From positions 640,001 to 704,000 of the forward strand of contig OY759316.1 of assembly GCA_963662275.1 (NCBI GenBank): a stretch of 64,000 nucleotides of DNA. Direction: 5' to 3'. Below are positions 1-10,552 of this stretch, piece after piece. A program made the translations under genes and the position numbers. The first letter of the stretch is position 1. Each line of letters begins with the position of its first letter. The notes beneath the pieces were generated by a model that saw nothing but the letters and a program-made list of their open reading frames with translations, searched no databases and was not told where the DNA came from. The stretch comes from Candidatus Cloacimonadales bacterium (GTDB taxonomy: Bacteria > Cloacimonadota > Cloacimonadia > Cloacimonadales > DAONDQ01).

Positions 1-105
1 TAATGGTGATACATCCTTCCCTTCGTTTTGCAATTCAATAGCAATCTCTTGCATTAACGTTAGCACTTGATCGATTTTCGTTTTTTCTACAGTATCATCC
101 ATCAT
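1..105 (-). CDS. 5' part of a hypothetical protein running off the window edge (MMDDTVEKTKIDQVLTLMQEIAIELQNEGKDVSPL...)
   Basis: Manual translation: 35 open codons from ATG at 105, with an AGGA-like RBS upstream. Confidence 0.55.
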   Translation of the reverse strand, partial: MMDDTVEKTKIDQVLTLMQEIAIELQNEGKDVSPL

Positions 106-170
106 AATCTAATTCCTAATATTATAAATAATTAACATTCATCATTTATTAATCAACCAAAACTTCCACA

Positions 171-384
171 CCGGAACGCCTGACCCCGTCAGGTGGCAAA
201 ACGCACCCCGTGCGTTTCCAGTATTCAGTTTATCTCACAAGCAATTTATTCGCTTTCAATATATAATGTCAAATAGTTTTTCAGCTCATAAAGTCTTCAT
301 TTCTTTTATCATAAGCAGTTGTATACCCCAGTCTCGTAGCGCACGGGGTGCGCTGTGCCACCTCACGGGGTGAGGCGTTCCGAA
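171..384. repeat. REPIN-like doublet 1 (inverted REP arms around a ~125-bp spacer)
   Basis: ggaacgcctgaccccgtcaggtggcaaaacgcaccccgtgcg (~173-213) is an imperfect inverted repeat of cgcacggggtgcgctgtgccacctcacggggtgaggcgttccg (~340-382). Confidence 0.85.
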
Positions 385-1004
385 TTTCTCAGCCAAGACC
401 ATCTCCACATTTCCGGTGTTTCAACCAATCCTGCTTTGACGGGATTCATCATGATGTAATTTATTATATTCATCATCTCCTGCTCATTCCGTACGCAATA
501 ATCAAAATACTCCCTTTGCCAAAACCTTCCACTTTTCTCCAAATGAATATTGATCTCTTTCGCTGTTCTCATTTTCAGCAAATGCATGATGTCAGAAAGT
601 GTGTGTTGCATGTGATTCTCATCCTGTAGCGGTTGAAACAGAACATGTACATGATTTGGCATAATAGTATAGCAGATCAATTGAATGTAATCATTATTCA
701 TGATTTTCAACTGGTTGTTAATAATTTCAGCAATTGGATTTTCTGATAGATTAGTTGTAGTGGTTATGCTCTTTGCCAGGAGTTCATCATAAAATCCAAA
801 CACTTTCTTTTGAATTACGTTCTTGAAATTAGAACCTTGCGTTATTGTCCTATCCAATTCAATTTGATATGAATTTAATTGATCTATGAAAGATTTAGGA
901 AGTGAGTTTGCGATACGAAATGTAACAAATAAATATCCATCTTCCGGTTGCATATGTGGAAGTCGTCGCCAATAGAACGAATGATCAATTTCCTTTTCCA
1001 ACAT
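363..1004 (-). CDS. REP-associated tyrosine transposase (RAYT / TnpA-REP, Y1 HUH nuclease)
   Basis: LFVTF N-terminal strand, IMPNHVH (HuH motif), FWQREYFDYCVRNE and NYIMMNP (catalytic Tyr) motifs; flanked by REP doublets. Confidence 0.92.
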   Translation of the reverse strand: MLEKEIDHSFYWRRLPHMQPEDGYLFVTFRIANSLPKSFIDQLNSYQIELDRTITQGSNFKNVIQKKVFGFYDELLAKSITTTTNLSENPIAEIINNQLKIMNNDYIQLICYTIMPNHVHVLFQPLQDENHMQHTLSDIMHLLKMRTAKEINIHLEKSGRFWQREYFDYCVRNEQEMMNIINYIMMNPVKAGLVETPEMWRWSWLRNSERLTP

Positions 1005-1022
1005 AAATCCCCCCTTTGTAAC

Positions 1023-1269
1023 CCGGAACGTCTGACATTCGGAACGCTTGACTTTCGGAGCGCCTCACCCCGTGAGGTGGCATAACGCACCCCGTGCGTT
1101 TCCAATCTTCAGTTTATATCACATGCAATTTATTCGCTTTCAATATGTAATGTCAAATAGTTTTTCCTTAAATAACAGTCATTCCTTCTTATCTTACAAA
1201 CATTGGCACTCAACAGTCTCTCAGCGCACGGGGTGCGCTGTGCCACCTCACGGGGTGAGGCGTTCCGAA
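1023..1269. repeat. REPIN-like doublet 2, homologous to doublet 1 including the spacer
   Basis: gcgcctcaccccgtgaggtggcataacgcaccccgtgcg (~1060-1098) inverted against cgcacggggtgcgctgtgccacctcacggggtgaggcgttccg (~1225-1267); extra ggaacg starts at ~1025 and ~1041. Confidence 0.85.
1127..1156 (-). promoter_or_regulatory. sigma70-like promoter inside the REPIN spacer, upstream of the RAYT (second copy at 243-272)
   Basis: Minus strand reads TTGACA-N18-TAAATT. Confidence 0.5.
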
Positions 1270-1583
1270 TCCCTCAGCTACTTATGTTGGGGGAATTGTG
1301 GTTTCTTCTTTCTTATTATCCATAATAATATTTTTGGTTTTGATGAGTATTATGTCAATGCTTAATTTGAGATGTATCGTTGTAACATTGAGTGGCACTC
1401 TGTTGTATGAGTGGATTGGTAATCCCCGAAATCAAGCAGAATTCGACAATGCCATTATCGAAAACAACAAATTATCAATTTATGTTACAGCAATTTGATT
1501 GTATCATATTATCTCCTGAATTTTGTAACTTTAGGAGTCTGCTCAGAGTCATTGTGATGCAATCCCAACTACTTTGCCAAAAG

Positions 1584-1712
1584 ACTATACCCATTTCAAT
1601 CCTGTTTCATACCAGTTTCATTCCTGTTTCATACCAGTTTCATTCCTGTTTCAGCAAACTGGTATGAGATTGGTATGGGATTGGTACGAACTTGGATTTA
1701 ACTTGGTATAAT
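1584..1712. repeat. Inverted arrays of degenerate 11-bp tandem repeats
   Basis: tttcataccag/tttcattcctg units followed by complementary ctggtatgaga/ttggtatggga/ttggtacgaac units. Confidence 0.7.
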
Positions 1713-2026
1713 TCATGTGGAATGATAGTGGATATGTAGTTAGACTCTGTAGAAAAAAGTCTGAGAAGAACTAACTCCCTATTGCAGAAGGTGCCAGGGA
1801 TAAGAGAACAACTAACTCTGCACTTCGGCTGCGCTCAGTGCAAGCCTAACCCCTACCTTAATAAATGAGAGGGGAACCAGAGTAGAACTCACCCTGCGAT
1901 TTGTCCTTTTTGGACGTTTTCAATAAAAATATTGACATATTAGCTTTTATCGATAAATTTCCTATTATCATAAATGCTGAGTTGCTGAACAACCCTGGTT
2001 GAGGGTTACTATGAAAGAAAATCCCA

Positions 2027-2707
2027 ATGAACCTTGGAGCAGGTATGAAAAACATCTATGTATTTATTATTATCATCTTTTTGTGTTCTATGTTATTCTC
2101 TATCGACAAGACTCATGTTTCATCGCCAAACACTTTTATCGATCAATTCCCTGATTCAGAGATATCATCCATACAAGGCGGATTAGCAGATTTTATCAGC
2201 AAAATTCCGCAGGATAGACTTTCTGATTATGGTTTCGCAAATGATGCAGAACTTGGTGTTACCAGGCTTGGGATGCCTTTCCGGTTGTATTTTATTAAAC
2301 CTGAATCCATCCTGGATTATCGGAAAAGTACGACAATCAATCAGATATTAGTAAAGACTTCCCAATGGTATTTTCCTGTTCTGGTTAATCAGGAAATACA
2401 AGCCATGCTGGTTGTTGAAGAGTCCTCCGATGGACATTTAACTCCAGTTTCCTTTGGATATGTTCCTCTTGCAAATTACCTGGATCAGGCATTCACTTCA
2501 AAGGATTGGAAAGCTTCGAATGATATAAAACTGGTTGTTGTCTACCAGGCTAAGGAGTTTTTCCTGGCAAAGCCGATAACAGAACCACAAAAACTCTATC
2601 CTTTGCAGTATGAGCAAAAAAAAGGATTGTCTCTCAACAACGATTTGGGCTACAATTTGGATAGAATTCGCCTGCAAGTTGATGCTAACATGAAGGGAGG
2701 ATTCTGA
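2027..2707 (+). CDS. Secreted hypothetical protein, possible propeptide or partner of the downstream protease (start probably 2045)
   Basis: Signal peptide MKNIYVFIIIIFLCSMLFS; stop 2 bp before the protease start, with the protease RBS (GGAGG) inside its 3' end. Confidence 0.75.
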   Translation: MNLGAGMKNIYVFIIIIFLCSMLFSIDKTHVSSPNTFIDQFPDSEISSIQGGLADFISKIPQDRLSDYGFANDAELGVTRLGMPFRLYFIKPESILDYRKSTTINQILVKTSQWYFPVLVNQEIQAMLVVEESSDGHLTPVSFGYVPLANYLDQAFTSKDWKASNDIKLVVVYQAKEFFLAKPITEPQKLYPLQYEQKKGLSLNNDLGYNLDRIRLQVDANMKGGF

Positions 2708-2709
2708 TC

Positions 2710-3762
2710 ATGAAAACAATACTTTTCAAAAAACTCAGATTTTTGTTTTTCTTTCTCACATGCAGCGCAGTCAGTTTACATAGTCTCGTTCTCAGTGTTG
2801 AACAGGTATATCAGAACCAGACTCAGTGGTGTTGGGCAGGAACATCAAAAGCAGTGCTTGATTATTATGGATTCAACTATACGCAGGAACAAATCGCACT
2901 GTATGGAACCAATGGCACAAATGATTGGAATTGGCTGTATGGGGAATCCAGCGGTCCCACACGCAGGGGAATCAATCTCATTCTGATGCATTTCGGCTCA
3001 CTTGCCACGACAAGTTATACCAGAGCCTTGACATTGAGTGAATCTACAGCAAAAATCAATGAAGTAAAGCCGTTTTTCATACGTTGGGGATGGAGTTCCG
3101 GAGGGGGACATTTCGTGGTAGGTCATGGCTTTTCCGGAAGTACATTATACCTGATGGATCCCTGGTATGGTCCAACAATCAATACATATAGTTGGGTGGT
3201 GAGCGGTAGTTCCCATACCTGGACACATAGCCTGACTCTTGTGAATCCACCCGCTGTTGCATTACCTAAGAATCCCGCTCCAGCAAATTCTGCTAATAGT
3301 ATATCAACAAATGCAGCTATCAGTTGGACAAATATAGATGCTGCCGAGACAGTTCAAGTGTATTTCGGTACTGAAAATCCACCCACGCACAGTGTTTATT
3401 CCGGCAGTGTCATATCCAGCCTGACCAATACCCAGATTGGCGGGCTATTATCTGCTTATTCAAATTACTACTGGAAAGTGAACGCCACCAGGGGTTCATA
3501 TTCATATGACGGAACAGTTTGGTCGTTTCAGACCCTTTTACCTTCTCTTCCCGATGTTACAGAAATCAATGTGAATCGGACTGGAGATTTGGTAAGTATG
3601 ACTTGGAATCCTGTAACAGGTGCTAATTTCTATCGGATTTATGTAGCAGATGAACCAGATCCCGCAAGCTGGGGAAGTCCTATCGCAACGGTGAATACTA
3701 ACCGGTATAGCGAAACCAGTGCGGTAAAGAAATTCTATCTGGTAGTTGCTTCGAGTGAATGA
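2710..3762 (+). CDS. Secreted papain-like cysteine peptidase (C39/C70-like) with C-terminal FN3-like modules
   Basis: Signal peptide; YQNQTQWCWA (Gln, Cys), GGHFVV (His), MDPW (Asp). Confidence 0.8.
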   Translation: MKTILFKKLRFLFFFLTCSAVSLHSLVLSVEQVYQNQTQWCWAGTSKAVLDYYGFNYTQEQIALYGTNGTNDWNWLYGESSGPTRRGINLILMHFGSLATTSYTRALTLSESTAKINEVKPFFIRWGWSSGGGHFVVGHGFSGSTLYLMDPWYGPTINTYSWVVSGSSHTWTHSLTLVNPPAVALPKNPAPANSANSISTNAAISWTNIDAAETVQVYFGTENPPTHSVYSGSVISSLTNTQIGGLLSAYSNYYWKVNATRGSYSYDGTVWSFQTLLPSLPDVTEINVNRTGDLVSMTWNPVTGANFYRIYVADEPDPASWGSPIATVNTNRYSETSAVKKFYLVVASSE

Positions 3763-3868
3763 CAGCGTACAGCGTACAGCGTACAGGGTACAGGGAACAG
3801 GGAGGCTAGAGGTTTCTTTTTTGGCATCTTTTATACAAAATGCTCAATTGCAAATTATAGGGGAGAAT

Positions 3869-4306
3869 ATGGAACAGGATGTATTTATCAGGATTATGAA
3901 ATCAAAATATGAAATGAAAATCTTTGTAGCAGGTGAATTAATCAATACTTTCCAGGTAGGAATCGGAGAGAATATCGGTGATAAGGAAATTGCCGGTGAT
4001 AAACGCACACCGGAAGGTCTTTTCAAAGTTGTCAGTATCGAAGATTCATCGAGTTGGACACATGATTTCGCAGATGGGAAAGGAACGATCAAAAATGCCT
4101 ATGGACCATGGTTCATTCGTTTGAGTACATCGGCATTGGAGACTATTTCAGGCAAGACTTGGATAGGGATTGGGATTCATGGAACACATGATCCGAATAG
4201 CATTGGCACTCTTTGCACAGAGGGATGCATTCGCTTGAATAACGCTGATTTATTGAAACTGGTACAGGTCGTTGGTGTAGGTTCGAAAGTGGAGATATAT
4301 TATTAA
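3869..4306 (+). CDS. L,D-transpeptidase (YkuD family)
   Basis: GDKRTPEG, IGIHGT and TEGCIRL motifs; ATG at 3869 follows GGGAG. Confidence 0.88.
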   Translation: MEQDVFIRIMKSKYEMKIFVAGELINTFQVGIGENIGDKEIAGDKRTPEGLFKVVSIEDSSSWTHDFADGKGTIKNAYGPWFIRLSTSALETISGKTWIGIGIHGTHDPNSIGTLCTEGCIRLNNADLLKLVQVVGVGSKVEIYY

Positions 4307-4342
4307 AGAAGAGGAGGATAGTGTGCTGCTCTGTGTATAGAT

Positions 4343-5598
4343 AGATATTCAGTAGGATCGGAATCCTACTCCACGTTTTAGTCAGAAATTCAGTAGGATT
4401 GGAATCCTACTCCACGTTTTAGTCAGATATCCAGTAGGATTGGAATCCTACTCCACGTTTGGACAGATATTCAGTAGGATTGGAATCCTACTCCACGTTT
4501 TAGTCAGATATCCAGTAGGATTGGAATCCTACTCCACGTTTGGACAGATATTCAGTAGGATTGGAATCCTACTCCACGTTTTAGTCAGATATCCAGTAGG
4601 ATTGGAATCCTACTCCACGTTTGGACAGATATTCAGTAGGATTGGAATCCTACTCCACGTTTGGACAGATATTCAGTAGGATCGGAATCCTACTCCACGT
4701 TTTAGTCAGATATCCAGTAGGATCGGAATCCTACTCCACCCTTTGTTTTAGTCAGATATCCAGTAGGATTGGAATCCTACTCCACGTTTTAGTCAGATAT
4801 TCAGTAGGATTGGAATCCTACTCCACGTTTAGTCAAATATTCAGTAGGATCGGAATCCTACTCCACGTTTGGACAGATATTCAGTAGGATTGGAATCCTA
4901 CTCCACGTTTTAGTCAGATATCCAGTAGGATTGGAATCCTACTCCACGTTTGGACAGATATTCAGTAGGATTGGAATCCTACTCCATGTTTTAGTCAGAT
5001 ATCCAGTAGGATTGGAATCCTACTCCACGTTTAGATAGATATTCAGTAGGATCGGAATCCTACTCCACGTTTTAGTCAGATATCCAGTAGGATTGGAATC
5101 CTACTCCACGTTTGGACAGATATTCAGTAGGATTGGAATCCTACTCCACGTTTTAGTCAGATATCCAGTAGGATCGGAATCCTACTCCACCCTTTGTTTT
5201 AGTCAGATATCCAGTAGGATCGGAATCCTACTCCACGTTTGGACAGATATTCAGTAGGATTGGAATCCTACTCCATGTTTTAGTCAGATATCCAGTAGGA
5301 TTGGAATCCTACTCCACGTTTAGATAGATATTCAGTAGGATCGGAATCCTACTCCACGTTTTAGTCAGATATCCAGTAGGATCGGAATCCTACTCCACGT
5401 TTTAGTCAGATATCCAGTAGGATTGGAATCCTACTCCACGTTTGGACAGATATTCAGTAGGATTGGAATCCTACTCCACGTTTTAGTCAGATATTCAGTA
5501 GGATTGGAATCTTACTCCACGTTTTAGTCAGATATCCAGTAGGATTGGAATCCTACTTTTTAGTCAGATATCCAGTAGGATCGGAATCCTACTCCACG
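4343..5598. repeat. Tandem array of 31 palindromic REP-like units of mostly 40/41 bp
   Basis: Unit AGATATYCAGTAGGATYGGAATCCTACTCCACGTTT(TAGTC/GGAC); 31 AGTAGGA cores counted from 4351 to 5574. Confidence 0.95.
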
Positions 5599-5605
5599 TG
5601 CTAGG

Positions 5606-7351
5606 TTATTTTGCTTTCTTCTCGATTTTAGCCCACGTATCTTTTAAGGTAACGATTCGATTATAAATTGCTTTTCCAGGCGTTGAATCCTTATCTTTGA
5701 TAAAATAACCTTGTCTCATGAATTGAAATCTTTCCCCTATCTCGGCAGTACCAATACATGGTTCAGCAAGAGCTGTATCGATCGTCACAAGAGAATCAGG
5801 ATTGAGATAGTCTTTGTGTGTTTTACCTGGTGGTGTTTCCATGGGATTGGGTATTGTAAACAACTGATCATATTGCCTTAATTGCACAGGAACGGCATCA
5901 TATGCAGAAACCCAATGCAATGTTCCTCTCACTTTTCTTTCATCAGGGGTATAACCACCACGCGATTCGGGATCATATGTACAATGTAGTTCAGTGATTA
6001 TTCCGGTATCTGCATCTTTGATCACTTTCACACAAGTGATGTAATATGTATGTTTCAGGCGCACTTCTGCACCTGGAGCAAGACGAAACCATTTATGAGG
6101 TGCATCTTCCTTGAAATCATCCCTTTCAATATATATGTTCTTAGAGAATTTGATCTTTCTTTTACCTGCATTTAAATCTTCAGCATTATTATCTGCTTCA
6201 AATTCTTCCACCAAATCCTCAGGATAATTATCAATCACAACTTTCAGCGGATCAATGACTACCATTGCTCTGTTGGCATGAAGATTGAGATCTTCACGTA
6301 CACAGAATTGCAGTAATTCGTAATCGACAATACTGCTGGCTTTCGCTACCCCGATACGTTCACAAAGATCACGTATGGATTCAGGTGTAAAACCACGGCG
6401 ACGTAATCCAGCAATAGTCGGCATACGTGGATCATCCCAGCCATTCACAATTCCGCTTTCCACAAGCTCACGCAGGATACGCTTGCTCATGACAGTATAA
6501 GTCAGGTTTAATCGTGCAAATTCAATTTGTCGCGGATGGCATGGTACAAGCAATTGATCCAGGAACCAATCATAAAGAGGTCTGTGATCTTCAAACTCTA
6601 AAGTACAAATAGAATGTGTAATTCCTTCGATAGCATCAGAAATACAATGTGTATAATCATACATTGGATAGATCAGCCAGTCATTTCCGGTTCGATGATG
6701 ATGTGCTCTTTTAATGCGATAGATCACAGGATCACGCATATTCACATTGGGAGAAGACATATCTATCTTTGCACGTAGCGATTTTGTACCTTCCTCAAAT
6801 TCTCCGGCTCTCATTCTCCTGAACAAATCTAAGTTCTCTTCGATGGAACGCTCTCGACAGGGGCTATTTGTACCTGGAACAGTCAGAGTGCCACGATATG
6901 TACGCATTTCTTCCTGGTTCAGATCACATACGAATGCTTTTCCATCTTTGATTAGCATTTCAGCATATGCATATAGTTGTTCATAGTAATCAGAAGCATA
7001 AAAGAGTTTGTCTTTCCAGTCAAACCCTAGCCAGCGAACATCATCCATAATAGAATCAACATATTCCACATCTTCAGCACTGGGATTAGTATCATCAAAA
7101 CGTAAATGACAAATACCCAGATAATCCCTGGCTAATCCAAAGTTCAGACAAATCGATTTGGCATGACCAATATGCAGATAACCATTAGGTTCTGGAGGAA
7201 AACGAGTCACAATACTTTTGTGTTTTCCTGACTTCAAATCTTCATCGATAATGAAACGAATAAAATTGGAAACAGGATCTTTTTCTTTCCCATCCAATTC
7301 CGCATTGGTGATTTCATTCTTTATTAGTTCAGTCATTTTTATATCCTTCAA
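5606..7351 (-). CDS. glnS: Glutamine--tRNA ligase
   Basis: [26 protein letters not shown] and FRLAPG motifs. Confidence 0.96.
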   Translation of the reverse strand: MKDIKMTELIKNEITNAELDGKEKDPVSNFIRFIIDEDLKSGKHKSIVTRFPPEPNGYLHIGHAKSICLNFGLARDYLGICHLRFDDTNPSAEDVEYVDSIMDDVRWLGFDWKDKLFYASDYYEQLYAYAEMLIKDGKAFVCDLNQEEMRTYRGTLTVPGTNSPCRERSIEENLDLFRRMRAGEFEEGTKSLRAKIDMSSPNVNMRDPVIYRIKRAHHHRTGNDWLIYPMYDYTHCISDAIEGITHSICTLEFEDHRPLYDWFLDQLLVPCHPRQIEFARLNLTYTVMSKRILRELVESGIVNGWDDPRMPTIAGLRRRGFTPESIRDLCERIGVAKASSIVDYELLQFCVREDLNLHANRAMVVIDPLKVVIDNYPEDLVEEFEADNNAEDLNAGKRKIKFSKNIYIERDDFKEDAPHKWFRLAPGAEVRLKHTYYITCVKVIKDADTGIITELHCTYDPESRGGYTPDERKVRGTLHWVSAYDAVPVQLRQYDQLFTIPNPMETPPGKTHKDYLNPDSLVTIDTALAEPCIGTAEIGERFQFMRQGYFIKDKDSTPGKAIYNRIVTLKDTWAKIEKKAK

Positions 7352-7380
7352 AGGAAATTTTGATTAATGCTGCGAGGGCA

Positions 7381-7992
7381 TTAAAAATTAGCAAATGCCT
7401 CTCTTTTCTTGACTCTAATTCTTTTCGGGGGTTTTGCAACAAAAGAACCGAGTATCACTCCCATAACTAATGACCACAAAGCAGCTAAACCAATCTGGTA
7501 GATTTGTGGTAATATAAAAGTAATTGTATGAGCTGGGATCCAGAACCAGATTAAAGTTAACATCGCAGAATCTAAATTGCTCCAGTTCTTGTTAAAAAGG
7601 AACATATTATCCAGGATACGATGTAAAATAACCAGGAATAAACCAAATTGAAGGTTCATACATACTGATTTGGCAAAGGCATTTAAAAAGATAGATTCTT
7701 TAAAAGCCAAAGGTAATAAGGAATTTGGCTGATGATAAACAAGTGCATCAACAAAACCTTCTGTTCCTACAAAAGCGTATTTGATACATACCGCTAAAAT
7801 AGACCAGGAGATCATTTTCCAAATTGTAGCATTGGAACTAAAAGGATAATAGATCTTCTTTTTTGCAACCCAACGAGCGATGATTTCACCAAATGTTCCT
7901 AATACAGCGAATTGCAGCATTGCTGACCCAATCGGATAAGTAGTCACTAATTGAATATACCAGTTCATTAAATCTCCTAAATAAGTCTTCAA
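7381..7992 (-). CDS. Membrane protein, Mpv17/PMP22-like (start may be 7968)
   Basis: Several TM segments; FWIPAHTITF motif. Confidence 0.65.
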   Translation of the reverse strand: MKTYLGDLMNWYIQLVTTYPIGSAMLQFAVLGTFGEIIARWVAKKKIYYPFSSNATIWKMISWSILAVCIKYAFVGTEGFVDALVYHQPNSLLPLAFKESIFLNAFAKSVCMNLQFGLFLVILHRILDNMFLFNKNWSNLDSAMLTLIWFWIPAHTITFILPQIYQIGLAALWSLVMGVILGSFVAKPPKRIRVKKREAFANF

Positions 7993-8162
7993 ATTCTAAT
8001 TGATAAATTGACTTAGTTTAGTAAAGAATTATTTTAAAGACATGGAGATAAGTTGAATATTGATTTACTGGGCATAGTGAATCATCAAAAAAAAATTGAA
8101 TAAACTTCCATTGCGTTTTTTTTCCACACATAACTGAGTATACTTTCAAAAAGGAGTTGATT

Positions 8163-10484
8163 ATGGAAGATCAGGTAAATAGAATTCCGCGGACATTGGC
8201 GGTCATGCAGCAGAACCATGTTGTGATGTTCCCCTACCTGCTAATTCCCATGGTAGTAACGGACGAAGTAACAAAAAAAGTTGTGGATTATGCATTATCC
8301 AATGATAAATCTCTTGCTGTCTTCCTGGAAAAGACCGGGTCTGATGAAAATAAGCCTGAATTAGAAGAAATTGGTACATCAGCAACCATCCTAAGGATGT
8401 TACGAAACCAGGATGGTTCTATCAGTTTATTATTACAAGGGACGTCACGCATTCGATACGAAAGAATCGTTCAACAGGAACCATTCACTATGGTAGAAGT
8501 GGAATTGATACCGGAATCTGTGGAAGAAACACCGGAAATCTTTGCTCTACGTAAGATCGCTGTTGAATTATTGGAACAAATCGTACCTGATAATAATGCA
8601 CTTAGTCGAGAATTAATAGATGGCTTACAAAATATTAAACAATCCGGAAGAATTGCGGATATCATAACCGGGAATACTGATTTGAAATTATCAGATAAAC
8701 AGACAATCTTAGCAACTACAGATATAGAATCACGATTTGAAAAACTGAATCGCTTCCTGGCAGATCAAGTAAAGCAGGTTAGACTGGAAAACAGTATTCG
8801 GAATAATATCCAGTTAGAAATGACCGAAGATCAGCGTAAATACTATCTCCGTGAACAATTGGAAGCCATTCGTCGGGAATTGGGAGAAAAAGATGAAGTC
8901 AGCCGGGAAATTGATTCTTGGAAACAGAAAATTGAAGATAACCACTTACCTGATTATGTTTTGCAGGTGGCACAAGAAGAATTGAGCCGTCTTGCCTCTA
9001 TGCAGCCAGCTTCCAGTGAATATAGCGTGATTCGCAACTATCTGGAGTGGATTGTTGGATTACCCTGGGAGATTTATAGCAAAGATAGATTAGATTTGAA
9101 AAGAATTGAGCATATTTTATCGCATGATCATTATGGCTTGGAAAAACCGAAAGAACGTTTCCTGGAATATATTGCAGTGAAAAAGCTAAAAGGTGAACTG
9201 AAAGGTCCAATTCTCTGCTTCGTTGGACCTCCCGGAGTTGGGAAAACTTCTATCGGGAAATCGATTGCTCGAGCATTAGATCGGAAATTTGTAAGACTAT
9301 CACTTGGTGGTATTCATGATGAAGCTGAAATTAGAGGACATCGGCGAACATATATTGGTGCTCTTCCCGGTAAGATCATTAACGAAATCAAGCGCTGCGG
9401 AACTGCTAATCCGGTTTTCATGCTGGATGAAATTGATAAACTTGGACATGATTTTCGTGGTGATCCAGCCTCAGCATTGTTGGAAGTACTGGATCCGGAA
9501 CAGAATAATTCCTTTATCGATCATTATATAAATCTTCCGTTCAATTTATCTGAAGTGATGTTTATCACGACAGCTAATTCCTTGGATACAATTCCAGCAG
9601 CATTGCGAGATCGTATGGAGATTATTGAGTTCTCCAGCTATATTGAAGAAGAAAAAATTGAAATTGCCAAGCATTATTTAATACCGAAGGAAATTGAAAA
9701 TAATGGATTGGCAGCATATCATGTTACGATGCAGAAATCTGCACTGCAGGAAATCATTCGCTTTTATGTAAGAGAAGCTGGTGTCAGAAATCTGCAGCGT
9801 GTAATCGGAACAGTGTTTCGTAAAATTGCTAAAGAAGTGGCAACGGGTAATGAATTTCCCAAAAAAATAACGAGTCATGAAATAAAAAACTACTTGGGTG
9901 TTAGAATATATTCTCAAGAGATTGCCAGCCATAAACCGGAAATTGGTGTCACAACAGGTTTGGCTTGGACTGCTTATGGGGGTGAAATCCTTTTTTGTGA
10001 AGCCATCTGGATGCCTGGAAATGGTCAAATCACTATGACAGGTTTATTGGGCGAAGTAATGCAGGAATCTGCACGTATTGCCTTAAGTTATCTGAAGTCA
10101 AATTATAAGAAATATAAGATTAAACCTGAGTCTTTTGGAGAACACAACATCCATATTCATCTCCCTGCTGGAGCAGTTCCGAAGGATGGACCTTCCGCAG
10201 GAGTTACACTGACAACTTCCCTCGCTTCACTTTTCATGCAAAAGAAAGTAAATCCGAACATTGCTATGACTGGTGAAATCACCCTCCTGGGAAAAGTATT
10301 GCCTATTGGTGGGCTCCGTGAAAAAATACTGGCTGCGAAGCGTGCCGGTATCAATACTGTAATTATTCCCGAAGCGAATCGTAATTCACTCACTGAAGTA
10401 CCGGAAAATGTACTGTCTGATATGGAATTCTTTTACGTCAGGGATATCTCCGAGATTATCTCCATGGTATTACTAAAAGATTGA
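8163..10484 (+). CDS. lon: ATP-dependent Lon protease
   Basis: LON N-domain, GPPGVGKT Walker A, LDEIDK and PKDGPSAG catalytic Ser; AAGGAG RBS before ATG 8163. Confidence 0.97.
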   Translation: MEDQVNRIPRTLAVMQQNHVVMFPYLLIPMVVTDEVTKKVVDYALSNDKSLAVFLEKTGSDENKPELEEIGTSATILRMLRNQDGSISLLLQGTSRIRYERIVQQEPFTMVEVELIPESVEETPEIFALRKIAVELLEQIVPDNNALSRELIDGLQNIKQSGRIADIITGNTDLKLSDKQTILATTDIESRFEKLNRFLADQVKQVRLENSIRNNIQLEMTEDQRKYYLREQLEAIRRELGEKDEVSREIDSWKQKIEDNHLPDYVLQVAQEELSRLASMQPASSEYSVIRNYLEWIVGLPWEIYSKDRLDLKRIEHILSHDHYGLEKPKERFLEYIAVKKLKGELKGPILCFVGPPGVGKTSIGKSIARALDRKFVRLSLGGIHDEAEIRGHRRTYIGALPGKIINEIKRCGTANPVFMLDEIDKLGHDFRGDPASALLEVLDPEQNNSFIDHYINLPFNLSEVMFITTANSLDTIPAALRDRMEIIEFSSYIEEEKIEIAKHYLIPKEIENNGLAAYHVTMQKSALQEIIRFYVREAGVRNLQRVIGTVFRKIAKEVATGNEFPKKITSHEIKNYLGVRIYSQEIASHKPEIGVTTGLAWTAYGGEILFCEAIWMPGNGQITMTGLLGEVMQESARIALSYLKSNYKKYKIKPESFGEHNIHIHLPAGAVPKDGPSAGVTLTTSLASLFMQKKVNPNIAMTGEITLLGKVLPIGGLREKILAAKRAGINTVIIPEANRNSLTEVPENVLSDMEFFYVRDISEIISMVLLKD

Positions 10485-10552
10485 CGTTTCGAATGGGATT
10501 CATTGAGTTGAATCTTATTTCTCAATAAATAAATTGTTCCCATGGGTGGTGT

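Noticed and set aside
884..1667. Short ORFs over the REPIN and downstream region
   Set aside because: They translate repeat DNA, use weak starts and show no motifs
4440..4887. ORFs with ESYSTFGQIFSRIGILLHV repeats
   Set aside because: By-product of the 81-bp dimer period; no RBS and frames break at unit variants
4343..5598. CRISPR array
   Set aside because: The sequence between palindromes takes only a few recurring forms rather than unique spacers, the period is only 40/41 bp, and no cas genes are in the window
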